DNA of 64,000 nucleotides from a virus: IMG/VR virus record IMGVR_UViG_3300042879_003514, positions 1 through 64,000 of that record; one strand, given 5' to 3'. Positions 1 to 9,210 of this stretch are shown here, piece by piece; the first letter of the stretch is position 1, and every line of letters starts with the position of its first letter. The translations under genes were made by a program, and so were the position numbers. Below the pieces are notes generated by a model. The model did not search any database. It was not told where the DNA came from and worked only from the letters and a program-made list of their open reading frames with translations.

Positions 1-18
1 CACTACTTCAAGATTGAT

Positions 19-318
19 GTGGGCAATCTAAATAATTTTTGGGGATTTAGCGAATGGATCAAAGATGTAATTAGTCAAATAGACAATCTTCCTGTTAGTG
101 TTTCGTTTCCTGTGAATGATTTGATCCCCAATACAGCGGGTGGCTTAAACTCCCCCCTGTATTTGGGGAACAATCATTTTAATGAGGGCGTATGGAAGAT
201 GAAATATTTTGTATATAACCCAATTCAAATGAGTTATATTAAACACTTAGAGAGTCATGCTGTTCATTTTATTAATCAACCATCCTATTATAGAGGATTA
301 TATGATATTCTTAATTAG
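19..318 (+). CDS. hypothetical protein, probably 5'-truncated by window edge
   Basis: ORF track; no recognisable motif. Confidence 0.45.
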   Translation: MGNLNNFWGFSEWIKDVISQIDNLPVSVSFPVNDLIPNTAGGLNSPLYLGNNHFNEGVWKMKYFVYNPIQMSYIKHLESHAVHFINQPSYYRGLYDILN

Positions 319-326
319 GTATTTCA

Positions 327-731
327 ATGGATGAAAGAAATTGGTATAAGATTAAAGATCTAGTTGGATTTATTAATCATGCTAGAGAACTTGTATTCAA
401 ATTATTTGGAGAAGTTAATGAAAAAGCAGATGATGATATAACTTATACTCTATCGGAGTTAGCACCAAAAGATAAAGAAGAACTAGATAGAATTTTAACA
501 TATGATGAATGTGTGGTGATAGCAAGAAATCATATTAAAATTAAAATTAGTAAAAAAACTAAAAGAGAAAGTTATTTTGTTAATGATACTATTCTCAGTG
601 AAATTTTAGAATCATTCAATAGTAGAATGGTTAGCAACATACTTGCTAAATTAGTTAGTGATGGTTTATTGGATAGTGCTTTTGATACAGAAAAAAATGA
701 TTTTATATTTTGGGTAGTTGACAAAAAATAA
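327..731 (+). CDS. hypothetical phage protein
   Basis: ORF tightly packed between neighbours. Confidence 0.7.
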   Translation: MDERNWYKIKDLVGFINHARELVFKLFGEVNEKADDDITYTLSELAPKDKEELDRILTYDECVVIARNHIKIKISKKTKRESYFVNDTILSEILESFNSRMVSNILAKLVSDGLLDSAFDTEKNDFIFWVVDKK

Positions 732-742
732 TTGGAGAAAAT

Positions 743-1648
743 ATGTCTAATAGAGTTGGTAGGCCATCTAAGTTTGATGATATTATTGGTCAGTCAGATG
801 TTATAAATCGTATACGCATCGTGGCTCATGGTTGTTTAAACTCTGACGGTGTGATGCCTCATGTTTTAATTGATGGGCCTCCTGGGCTTGGTAAAACAAC
901 TATAGCGAGTGCAATAGCCAGCGAACTGAATGTGAACCTATACACGGTCAATGCTGCAAATATACGAAGCCCAAAAAATATTGTTCCATATTTGATGGGA
1001 ATTGCACCACGATCAGTTCTATTTATAGATGAAATTCATAGGCTTCCGAAACTTGTTGAGGAATTCTTATATCCTGTAATGGAAGATTTTGTATTAAATA
1101 TAACTGTGGAAGACCAACCAGAGAAAATTGATCTACCATTATTTACTATAGTTGGTGCGACAACCAGTGGCGGTAGTTTAAGTCAGCCTTTTTATGATCG
1201 TTTCACAATTAAAGAACATTTGTCTTTTTATAATGATGTTGAGTTAGCCAAACTAGCAGGATTGAACGCAAATAAACTCGGACTAATGATAAGCGAAAAT
1301 GATCTATTAGAAATTGCAAAACGAAGCAAGGGAACCCCTAGAATTTTAAATGCAAGATTACAGTGGTATAAAAATTATACCTCCTTCTATAAGGATAAGG
1401 CTTTATCTGTAGATGAAGTTTTTGATAGTCAGGGAATAGATAGTAGAGGATTGGATAATTATGATAGAATGTATTTGTTAGTATTGCAAAAGGCTAAGGG
1501 AAATGCTTTGGGTTTAAAGGGTATTTCTTCTATGACAGGGATCGCTATTGATACTATTGAAAATAGTATTGAGCCTTATCTAATAAGAAAAGGATATGTT
1601 ATTAGAACTCCTAAAGGTAGGATTATTAATAGTGCAAAGATTTCCTAA
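743..1648 (+). CDS. ruvB: Holliday junction branch-migration AAA+ ATPase RuvB
   Basis: RP..FDDIIGQ N-terminus, Walker A GPPGLGKTT, Walker B FIDEIHRL, GATT, DRF, GTPR, IEPYL..RTPKGR; GGAG RBS. Confidence 0.95.
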   Translation: MSNRVGRPSKFDDIIGQSDVINRIRIVAHGCLNSDGVMPHVLIDGPPGLGKTTIASAIASELNVNLYTVNAANIRSPKNIVPYLMGIAPRSVLFIDEIHRLPKLVEEFLYPVMEDFVLNITVEDQPEKIDLPLFTIVGATTSGGSLSQPFYDRFTIKEHLSFYNDVELAKLAGLNANKLGLMISENDLLEIAKRSKGTPRILNARLQWYKNYTSFYKDKALSVDEVFDSQGIDSRGLDNYDRMYLLVLQKAKGNALGLKGISSMTGIAIDTIENSIEPYLIRKGYVIRTPKGRIINSAKIS

Positions 1649-1664
1649 ATAAGTAGAGGCTATT

Positions 1665-2042
1665 ATGTATAAACATATTGTTGTAATTTTACTCTTTATT
1701 ACAAATTATTCTGTGTCAACTGATAAAATTTATTCAACTACTTTAGAAGATGCTGTATTATTATCAGAATCACAAAATAAGCCAATATTAGTTATATTTT
1801 CTGCTGAGTGGTGTAAACCATGTAGAAGATTAAAAGATGATATAAATTTTGGAAAATATAATAAAGAACTATCTAATACAATAGTATGCTTTGTTGATAT
1901 AGAAGATAGACAGGATCTAAAAAAAGAATACAAAGTAGATTCTGTGCCTGACAGCAGAATTTTGGTAGATAGGATAGAAAAACATAGAATAAATGGATAT
2001 AATCCAAATAAATATAAACAATGGTTAATGAATAATGACTAA
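1665..2042 (+). CDS. thioredoxin-family protein with hydrophobic N-terminus (possibly exported)
   Basis: FSAEWCKPC CxxC motif, cis-Pro region SVP, N-terminal IVVILLFI. Confidence 0.85.
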   Translation: MYKHIVVILLFITNYSVSTDKIYSTTLEDAVLLSESQNKPILVIFSAEWCKPCRRLKDDINFGKYNKELSNTIVCFVDIEDRQDLKKEYKVDSVPDSRILVDRIEKHRINGYNPNKYKQWLMNND

Positions 2043-2337
2043 TAATAGTTTATTAATTTGTATATTTATTTTTTCTATTATAATAAGTAGTGTAGTTGGT
2101 TATATTCTAGGTAGAATTAATAGTATATCCGGAAATTATGTTTCTCAATCAAAGAAATCTGAAAAAAAACATGTAATTACTAATTCTATCTCTGATATAT
2201 CTATTGATGATAAAAAATTTGTTACTGATATAAAAACAGATAGTTTTGAAAAAAAGTATGATAGTCTAGGAGATACAAAAAAATCTAAAGATAACATAAA
2301 AAATTCTGTTAATAAATTAAAAAATATGAAAGGTTAA
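2035..2337 (+). CDS. single-pass membrane protein, candidate anchor for downstream actin
   Basis: N-terminal TM LLICIFIFSIIISSVVGYILG followed by a charged soluble tail; ends 3 nt before the actin gene. Confidence 0.75.
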   Translation: MTNNSLLICIFIFSIIISSVVGYILGRINSISGNYVSQSKKSEKKHVITNSISDISIDDKKFVTDIKTDSFEKKYDSLGDTKKSKDNIKNSVNKLKNMKG

Positions 2338-2340
2338 ATT

Positions 2341-3342
2341 ATGGCAAAAGGTCTAGATGTTGGTACAAGTTATATTGTATTATCTCAAGAAGATGACAAT
2401 CAAATTGTCTATAAAGATTTTAGAGATGCCTTTTATATTATCAAGCCAACCACGCCAGTTGCAACAAAAATGATAGAAAAAGGATTGGCTGGTAAAATTT
2501 TTATTAAAGATAATGATGGCTCTTTTATTATATTAGGTAGAGATGCCATAGAAAAAGCAGTAGAAAGAAATGATACAGCAAAAAGACCAATGTATAGAGG
2601 CGTCGTTTCTGCTAAAGAAAAGGATGCAAAAAGAATACTTGCTTTTATTCTTAAAGAAGTAGTCGGCATAGCATCAGAGTCAGGTGAAAAACTAGTATTC
2701 TGTATACCAGCACAACCAGTAGATCAAGATGATGAGGACTTTGATGTTGGGTATCATGAAGATGTTGTTAAAAGTGTGTTATCAGAATGTGGATATGATT
2801 CTAGGGCAATCAATGAAGCAGAGGCTCTTTGTTATGCCGAATTAGAATCAGACGATTATACTGGAATAGGAATAAGTTGTGGTGCTGGAATGACTAATGT
2901 TTGTGTTATGTTGAACGGTGAACCAACCGTTATATTTAGCACAACAAAGTCAGGAGATTGGATAGATCGTATGAGTGCCGTAGCAACTGGAGAAACAGAT
3001 AGTGTTGTTCAAGCGGAAAAAGAAGGAGGAGACTTTACGATTGGTCAATTAACAGATAATGCTGTGCTTAGTGCAGTCTCGGCATACTATGAGAGATTAA
3101 TAGACTATACTACAAAACAATTAACAGCAGCGCTAAATGGTCATAAATCATTACCGAAATTTAAAAATCCTTTAAAAATTGTTATTGCCGGTGGCACATC
3201 TCAGGCGAAAGGATATATAGAAATTTTTACAAATAAATTAAAAGACAATAATTTTCCTTTGCCAGTTAAAGAGGTTGTTCACGCAACAGATCCATTACAC
3301 GCTGTTTCAAAGGGATGTTTAATAGCATCTAAAGTATTGTAA
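2341..3342 (+). CDS. actin-fold (ASKHA) ATPase, volactin/MamK-like
   Basis: phosphate-1 GLDVGT, connect-1 INEAEA, phosphate-2 GISCGAGMTNV, adenosine motif IVIAGGTS, C-terminal DPLHAVSKG. Confidence 0.85.
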   Translation: MAKGLDVGTSYIVLSQEDDNQIVYKDFRDAFYIIKPTTPVATKMIEKGLAGKIFIKDNDGSFIILGRDAIEKAVERNDTAKRPMYRGVVSAKEKDAKRILAFILKEVVGIASESGEKLVFCIPAQPVDQDDEDFDVGYHEDVVKSVLSECGYDSRAINEAEALCYAELESDDYTGIGISCGAGMTNVCVMLNGEPTVIFSTTKSGDWIDRMSAVATGETDSVVQAEKEGGDFTIGQLTDNAVLSAVSAYYERLIDYTTKQLTAALNGHKSLPKFKNPLKIVIAGGTSQAKGYIEIFTNKLKDNNFPLPVKEVVHATDPLHAVSKGCLIASKVL

Positions 3343-3653
3343 TGTTTAGCTTTAGGCGAAAGATAAGACACGCCTATAGATCACCAAAATGGCAACAGGT
3401 CAGAAAACAGCATTTAGAAAACAACAATACCTGTGCTGCTTGTGGAAGAAATAAAAAACTTGAAGTTCATCATATTGAACCTGTTCATCTAAATCCCGAC
3501 AGGGAACTGGATCCATCAAATCTTATCACTCTTTGTGATGATCCTTGTCATATAGTATTTGGCCATTTAATGAATTATAAAAGTTGGAATAAATATGTAA
3601 TAAATGATTGTGAAGTGTATTTAGATAGGGTAAAAAATAAGCCTCTTAAATAA
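3342..3653 (+). CDS. HNH endonuclease
   Basis: CAAC...LEVHHIEP...NLITLCDDPCH. Confidence 0.88.
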   Translation: MFSFRRKIRHAYRSPKWQQVRKQHLENNNTCAACGRNKKLEVHHIEPVHLNPDRELDPSNLITLCDDPCHIVFGHLMNYKSWNKYVINDCEVYLDRVKNKPLK

Positions 3654-4403
3654 ATGAGGTGTCTTGTGAAATCTTTATTAGTTCTTCTTATAATGATATG
3701 TTCATTACATGGATTTGCAGGAACTATAGACCCTAATGTGTCAGATCAAAAATATATTAAATATGCAGAAGGATTCAATTATGTTGGTAAATTATGTGGG
3801 ATTTATGATGATGGCAAGAATTTCTGTGCTTCGGCAGTAGTAATAGATGACCATTGGATTGTAACAGCAGCACATGTTGTGAAAAATTCTAATGAATGTT
3901 ATCTAACAGTAGAGGACAGAGTATTTTGTATAAATAGGGTTATTTACCATAAAGAATTTGATAAAGATGAGTTGGGTCGCTGTGATATAGCATTAGGATA
4001 TTCAGAAAAAAAGATAGGGTTAAAATTTTATCCACAACTATATGATAAAGATGATGAAGTTGGTAAATTTTGTTCTATTGCTGGTTATGGAATAACAGGA
4101 ACATTTAAAACTGGTGCAAATAAGTCTGATTTAAGAATTAGGGCTGGGTCAAACAGAATAGATAGCATATTTCGTCAGACCCTTGTGTGTTCAGCATCAA
4201 CCAGAGGCTCTAGGAACGCCACAGAACTTGAATTTTTAATTGCTAGTGGAGACAGTGGGGGTGGTTTATTCATTGATGGAAAACTGGCTGGAATCAACTC
4301 TTTTGTGATGTCAGATGACAAACCAGACTCAACCTATGGCGACGAGTGCTGTCACACACGAATTAGTGTATTTAAAGAATGGATCAGGAGTATTATAGAA
4401 TAA
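3654..4403 (+). CDS. trypsin-like (S1) serine protease with signal peptide
   Basis: TAAHV (His), DIAL (Asp), GDSGG (Ser); hydrophobic N-terminus. Confidence 0.92.
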   Translation: MRCLVKSLLVLLIMICSLHGFAGTIDPNVSDQKYIKYAEGFNYVGKLCGIYDDGKNFCASAVVIDDHWIVTAAHVVKNSNECYLTVEDRVFCINRVIYHKEFDKDELGRCDIALGYSEKKIGLKFYPQLYDKDDEVGKFCSIAGYGITGTFKTGANKSDLRIRAGSNRIDSIFRQTLVCSASTRGSRNATELEFLIASGDSGGGLFIDGKLAGINSFVMSDDKPDSTYGDECCHTRISVFKEWIRSIIE

Positions 4404-4443
4404 TATCAAACCAACTGCATAATAATTATTAGCAGATTGCTAT

Positions 4444-4474
4444 GAAGTCAAGACACAATTTTTTACTTGACTTC
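4444..4474. repeat. 9-bp perfect inverted repeat overlapping a -35 box
   Basis: GAAGTCAAG (4444-4452) ... CTTGACTTC (4466-4474). Confidence 0.75.
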
Positions 4475-4494
4475 CCAAAAAACTATGCTATTGT
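4467..4494 (+). promoter_or_regulatory. sigma70-like promoter
   Basis: TTGACT-N16-TATTGT with TG extended -10; intergenic, upstream of AAGGAG RBS. Confidence 0.6.
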
Positions 4495-4533
4495 AAAGTA
4501 TTCAACAATCATAAGGAGTTAAATTGAAATAAG

Positions 4534-4722
4534 ATGCTAGATGATTTTGATAGAGAAAACAGAAAAAATAGAAAAAAACAAATTGGTAATAAAAACAAAA
4601 ACAACTACGACATAAGCGAGGAACAAAAGTTTATGTCTAAGGCAAAAAAAGCGTTCAAGAATAAAATTAGAGATTTACAAGAAGAAGAACAATGGGAAAA
4701 TTGGGAAGATGAAATATATTGA
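4534..4722 (+). CDS. small charged hypothetical protein
   Basis: AAGGAG upstream; overlaps the next ORF. Confidence 0.7.
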   Translation: MLDDFDRENRKNRKKQIGNKNKNNYDISEEQKFMSKAKKAFKNKIRDLQEEEQWENWEDEIY

Positions 4723-4954
4723 AGAATTAAATAACGGCGATATTTTTGCTGTGGACCAACACGCATTTCTTTTGACTTCAGACTTTAAAAAGAATGGATC
4801 AAAACTTGCATACTCTTTGAAGAATGGTAATCCAAAATGGTTTGAGGCGTCTGATATTGTAGACACTATTCAAATATATACAATGGATGAAAAAAACACT
4901 ATTATCCCAATCAAAGAAACTCAAAAGAATGAATATGCTACAAAAAATATTTAA
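4709..4954 (+). CDS. hypothetical protein
   Basis: ORF in operon-like overlap. Confidence 0.7.
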   Translation: MKYIEELNNGDIFAVDQHAFLLTSDFKKNGSKLAYSLKNGNPKWFEASDIVDTIQIYTMDEKNTIIPIKETQKNEYATKNI

Positions 4955-5168
4955 CTTTCTTAAGTCTCTGTTTAAACACTTACGATCTGGCAGACCTAAG
5001 AGTAGTCAATCATTAATTGATTTTAGATTCGATATTTGTTCAAGCTGTGACAAAATGGATAAGTATAATAATGAATGTATCGTTTGTGGATGTAACATTA
5101 ATAATAAGAAAATTTTTATGAATAAATTAGCATGGGCTGATCAAAAATGCCCAATAGGGAAATGGTAA
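4887..5168 (+). CDS. small Cys-rich (Zn-binding) protein; real start probably ~4929-4935
   Basis: RFDICSSC...CIVCGC...CPIGKW. Confidence 0.7.
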   Translation: MKKTLLSQSKKLKRMNMLQKIFNFLKSLFKHLRSGRPKSSQSLIDFRFDICSSCDKMDKYNNECIVCGCNINNKKIFMNKLAWADQKCPIGKW

Positions 5169-5170
5169 AC

Positions 5171-5836
5171 ATGGCATTTGAGTCTGTCTCTGTTTCTGAT
5201 CAAAATAATACAGAAATAGTTCCAGAAAACTGGGTTGTTCTTCTAACAACAGCGGTTAATCCATTTGGAAAAAATGATACTAATGAAATTCTATACAGAG
5301 AACAATTATACAAAAAACAGATTCATAGATGGTTAAATGATACAGATTATGAGATATTTGTAACAGAAAGCACTGGTGGGACAATACCTAATCTGCTTGA
5401 TAGTCCAAGATTACATCTAATAAATTTTAATTTAATAAAAGAATTTGGAAAATCTACATCTTCATCTTTCTACGAATCCCATAGTTTTATTAAGTTTGTA
5501 AAATTTTTTCAAGAAACAGACTTTTATGATAAAACAACTCATATATTAAAAGTAACAGGAAGATATTTTTTACCTGATATCAATAAACAAATATCTGTAT
5601 TAAGAAATTATGATGTGTATATTCAGAAACACAAATCTAAGAATTGGCAAAATACGGAATATTTTGGTATTAACAAACATCTTTTGTTAGATTTAGCAAA
5701 TAAAAACTTATCAGATAATACTAACTTAGAACACACATTTTATAATTTTATTCAGGATAAAAAACGTATGAAATTTGAGCCTTTTGAGAATAATATCTCT
5801 AGAGGCGGAGATGGAAAGACTCTTAATCCTCTATAG
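5171..5836 (+). CDS. glycan-cluster protein (putative glycosyltransferase-related)
   Basis: ILKVTGRYF motif of a type seen in polysaccharide loci; start taken as the ATG after the previous stop. Confidence 0.5.
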   Translation: MAFESVSVSDQNNTEIVPENWVVLLTTAVNPFGKNDTNEILYREQLYKKQIHRWLNDTDYEIFVTESTGGTIPNLLDSPRLHLINFNLIKEFGKSTSSSFYESHSFIKFVKFFQETDFYDKTTHILKVTGRYFLPDINKQISVLRNYDVYIQKHKSKNWQNTEYFGINKHLLLDLANKNLSDNTNLEHTFYNFIQDKKRMKFEPFENNISRGGDGKTLNPL

Positions 5837-5841
5837 CTTTT

Positions 5842-6528
5842 ATGATACCAAATATTATTATTCAAGCTGGCGATGACATAAAATATAACAAAGTTATAGA
5901 ATATTATAAACTTAAATATTCTAATTATAAATATCAATATTTTATAGATTCCACAATTATTAATTATTTTCAAAATAACTTTGATCCATTTTTTCCTGAT
6001 ATAATAAATAAATTCAATCTATTAAAAGGGCCTCATAAAATTGATCTATTTAGATATTATTTTCTTTATAAAAATGGTGGTATTTATTTTGACACAGATA
6101 TGGAGTTGATATCTGATCTTAAAGAAATTATTGAAGATTTTGATCTCATAACAGTCATAACATCCTATAAGCGACACTTAGCAATGAATGGATTTATAGC
6201 GTGTATACCAAATCATCCTATAATATATAATGCTCTAGTCAATATATATAACTTCAATTATTCTATATCAAAAGACTATTTATATTTTTGTAGAAAATTA
6301 TATGTTTTTATAGATGAGTTTGATGAAAAAAATAAAATTAAATTACTTAATGAAAAATTTATAGGCAAAAAAACTGCGATCTCCGACACACGCCGCACAC
6401 ATATGTATCATCACTATAAAGATAAAAAAACACCATATAATAAATATGAACAATTTTTAAATTCATTATCCAAAGAAATTGAGACAGATGTTTGGGAAAA
6501 TGTATTTAATAATAAAGGAAATTACTAA
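5842..6528 (+). CDS. DXD glycosyltransferase, GT32/Och1-like
   Basis: MIPNIIIQ start, DLFRYYFLYKNGGIYFDTD. Confidence 0.85.
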   Translation: MIPNIIIQAGDDIKYNKVIEYYKLKYSNYKYQYFIDSTIINYFQNNFDPFFPDIINKFNLLKGPHKIDLFRYYFLYKNGGIYFDTDMELISDLKEIIEDFDLITVITSYKRHLAMNGFIACIPNHPIIYNALVNIYNFNYSISKDYLYFCRKLYVFIDEFDEKNKIKLLNEKFIGKKTAISDTRRTHMYHHYKDKKTPYNKYEQFLNSLSKEIETDVWENVFNNKGNY

Positions 6529-6902
6529 TGAATAAAATAGAAAAATATGATAAGTTATGGGGTTATGAGCTTTGGATAGAAAACAATACAGAATATTGTG
6601 GTAAACTTCTACACGTTATACCAGATAAACAATGTTCAGTCCATTATCACAAACTAAAAAAAGAAACTTTCTATGTTATAGACGGCTCTCTTATAATAGA
6701 ATATAGCGATGCTTTAATCAAGGATAAGTGGGAAAAAATGGAAGATATAAAAATATGTCAACTAAATAAAGGAGAAGCGTTTACTATTGATAGAAATATA
6801 GCTCATAGATTCTATACTGCTAATGATTCTTCATGTGATTTTATAGAAATATCTACTCATCACGATGAGAACGACTCATATAGGATAATTCAAAGTAAAT
6901 AA
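6528..6902 (+). CDS. cupin sugar isomerase/epimerase-like protein
   Basis: KLWGYELW, SVHYHKLKKETFYV, HRF, EISTHH. Confidence 0.8.
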   Translation: MNKIEKYDKLWGYELWIENNTEYCGKLLHVIPDKQCSVHYHKLKKETFYVIDGSLIIEYSDALIKDKWEKMEDIKICQLNKGEAFTIDRNIAHRFYTANDSSCDFIEISTHHDENDSYRIIQSK

Positions 6903-6904
6903 TA

Positions 6905-7201
6905 ATGATTTATATAGTTGATATAGATAATACCATATGTCTAACTGTAGATAGCAACTACCAGTACTCTAGCCCTATGTATGAAAGAATAAATAAAATA
7001 AATTCTCTCTACAACTCCGGCCACACTATAATATATTGGACTGCCAGGGGTGCTAATTCTGGTAAAGACTGGAAAGATTTAACAGAGCAACAATTAAACG
7101 ACTGGGGTTGTTTAAGACACTCATTGATTATGAATAAACCTAAATATGATATATGGATAGATGATAAGGCAATAAATTCAAATACATTTTTTTATGATTA
7201 A
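6905..7201 (+). CDS. small HAD-family phosphatase (capsule-biosynthesis type)
   Basis: VDIDNTIC, YWTARG, KPKYDIWIDDKA. Confidence 0.8.
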   Translation: MIYIVDIDNTICLTVDSNYQYSSPMYERINKINSLYNSGHTIIYWTARGANSGKDWKDLTEQQLNDWGCLRHSLIMNKPKYDIWIDDKAINSNTFFYD

Positions 7202-7961
7202 AAATATTGCTGTAATAGGCGAATCGTGTGTTGATGAATATGTTTATGGCACTTGCGATAGAGTGTGTCCAGAAGCAGCGGCCTTGTGCTTCAAACATGA
7301 TTCTATAAAAACAATTAATATGGGCATGGCTGGTAATACGTTTAATAATATAAAAACCTTAAATAAAGAATCCAATATCGACCTAATAACTACTCAATCT
7401 CAAATAATTAAACGTAGATTCGTTGATAAAAGATATAATGCTATTATTTTTAGAGAAGATATCAATGATACTTGCGATAGAATCTCACTTAAAGATTATG
7501 ATTTTAGCAAATATGATTGCATAGTTTTTTCTGATTATTGCAAAGGGTTTTTACATGATGAGGACATTATTGATATTTGTACATTAAAAAATAACAAATG
7601 TATTACTTTTATGGATACTAAAAAGAAATTGAATCAATTTGTTCAGTACATAGATTTTATTAAAATTAACTCTAAAGAGTTTGCGACAAATGTTCTTGAC
7701 TTTAAAATGATTAATTCTCTTTGTTCTTTGATAGTAACAACTGGAGAAAATGGAGCTAACTTTTATCCAAAAGGTAATCCAGTATTCACAAATTATCCAA
7801 CTAAAAAGATTGAACTCAGAGATGTTTGTGGTGCTGGCGATACTTTCTTAGCCGCTCTAGTGACAGAATATATGAAATCTTTTGATATAGTTAAATCAAT
7901 TATATATGCCAATGATTGTTCTAGTAAGGTGGTTAGTCAATTCGGTGTGGTGACCCCTTGA
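7194..7961 (+). CDS. hldA: PfkB-family heptose-7-phosphate kinase (RfaE domain I / HldA-like)
   Basis: IGESCVDEYVYGTCDRVCPEA, GMAGN, SDYCKG, DVCGAGDTF. Confidence 0.8.
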   Translation: MIKNIAVIGESCVDEYVYGTCDRVCPEAAALCFKHDSIKTINMGMAGNTFNNIKTLNKESNIDLITTQSQIIKRRFVDKRYNAIIFREDINDTCDRISLKDYDFSKYDCIVFSDYCKGFLHDEDIIDICTLKNNKCITFMDTKKKLNQFVQYIDFIKINSKEFATNVLDFKMINSLCSLIVTTGENGANFYPKGNPVFTNYPTKKIELRDVCGAGDTFLAALVTEYMKSFDIVKSIIYANDCSSKVVSQFGVVTP

Positions 7962-8344
7962 AAATTATCTGGACTAATGGATGTTATGATATAGTACATA
8001 TTGGTCATATTAAATTATTTGAATATGCCAAATCTTTAGGAGATAAATTAATTGTTGGAATAGATTCAGATAAAAGAATAAAGTCTAGCAAAGGTGAATC
8101 AAGACCAATAAATAATGAACAATACAGGAAATTTATCTTAGAAAGCATCAGATTCATTGATGAGGTTGTTGTATTCGATACTTCTGATCAATTAGCTGAA
8201 CATATAAAAAATTTCAATATTGCAACTATAGTTGTTGGTGATGACTATAAAAACAAATACGTTATAGGCTCAGAATACGCTGACGTTATTTTCTTTCCAA
8301 AATTATCAAATATATCAACATCCAGTATACTAAAAAAAATATAA
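7958..8344 (+). CDS. hldC: heptose-1-phosphate nucleotidyltransferase (RfaE domain II / HldC-like)
   Basis: TNGCYDIVHIGH, GIDSD...KGESRP, GDDY, STS. Confidence 0.85.
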   Translation: MKIIWTNGCYDIVHIGHIKLFEYAKSLGDKLIVGIDSDKRIKSSKGESRPINNEQYRKFILESIRFIDEVVVFDTSDQLAEHIKNFNIATIVVGDDYKNKYVIGSEYADVIFFPKLSNISTSSILKKI

Positions 8345-9210
8345 TGCAAATACTAATTACTGGATCATCTGGTTTTATAGGCTCTTGTTTATTTAATCAA
8401 TTAAAAAATGACAACAAGATATTTACTTCAGATTTTATAAATCTCAATAATAATGAATATCATATAAGTCCAGAAAATCTTGACGCAAATCTTCTTAGAC
8501 AAATGGACATAATTGTTCATCTTGGCGCTATTTCAGAAACAAATGCAGACAAAAAAGAAGAAATTTTTGAAAAAAATATACTATCATCTCTGAATATATT
8601 ACAAAATTCAAAAACTGATTGTAAAATTATTTATGCTTCTTCTGCATCTGTATATGGAACACAGAAGTCTTCCATTAAAGAAGAAGATAATCATGAATTT
8701 GGAACCAGCAGTTATGCACAATCTAAACTAATACTAGATAATATTGTTAGATCTTTTTTTAATCATAGAAATATAATTGGATTAAGATTTTTTAATGTAT
8801 GTTCTTTTAATAATGAGTCTCATAAAAAACAACCGAGTCCCACATACAAATTTTTACAACAACTAAAAACAGAAAAACAAATTAGATTATTTCACAACTC
8901 AAACTCTATATATAGAGACTTTATTTTTATAGATGATGTAATATCAATTATTAATTTTTTTATGTTTAATAACAGAGTCACAGAGGCTAATATTTTCAAT
9001 ATTGGATCTGGTATACCAGTCTCTTTTGAACAAATAGCAGACGAACTGATCAATAAAATAGGTTATGGTAAAAAAATCTATATTGATAAACCAAATAATC
9101 TAACGAATAATTATCAAGAGTATACTTGTGCAAACATAGAGAAACTTAGGAAATATGGCTATAAACAAAATATTCCATCAATTATAGAATATATAAAAAA
9201 TTATGAATGA
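8344..9210 (+). CDS. hldD: ADP-L-glycero-D-manno-heptose 6-epimerase-like extended SDR
   Basis: TGSSGFIG, HLGAISET, YASSASVYG, YAQSK, GLRFFNV, RDFIFIDDV, YQEYTCA. Confidence 0.8.
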   Translation: MQILITGSSGFIGSCLFNQLKNDNKIFTSDFINLNNNEYHISPENLDANLLRQMDIIVHLGAISETNADKKEEIFEKNILSSLNILQNSKTDCKIIYASSASVYGTQKSSIKEEDNHEFGTSSYAQSKLILDNIVRSFFNHRNIIGLRFFNVCSFNNESHKKQPSPTYKFLQQLKTEKQIRLFHNSNSIYRDFIFIDDVISIINFFMFNNRVTEANIFNIGSGIPVSFEQIADELINKIGYGKKIYIDKPNNLTNNYQEYTCANIEKLRKYGYKQNIPSIIEYIKNYE

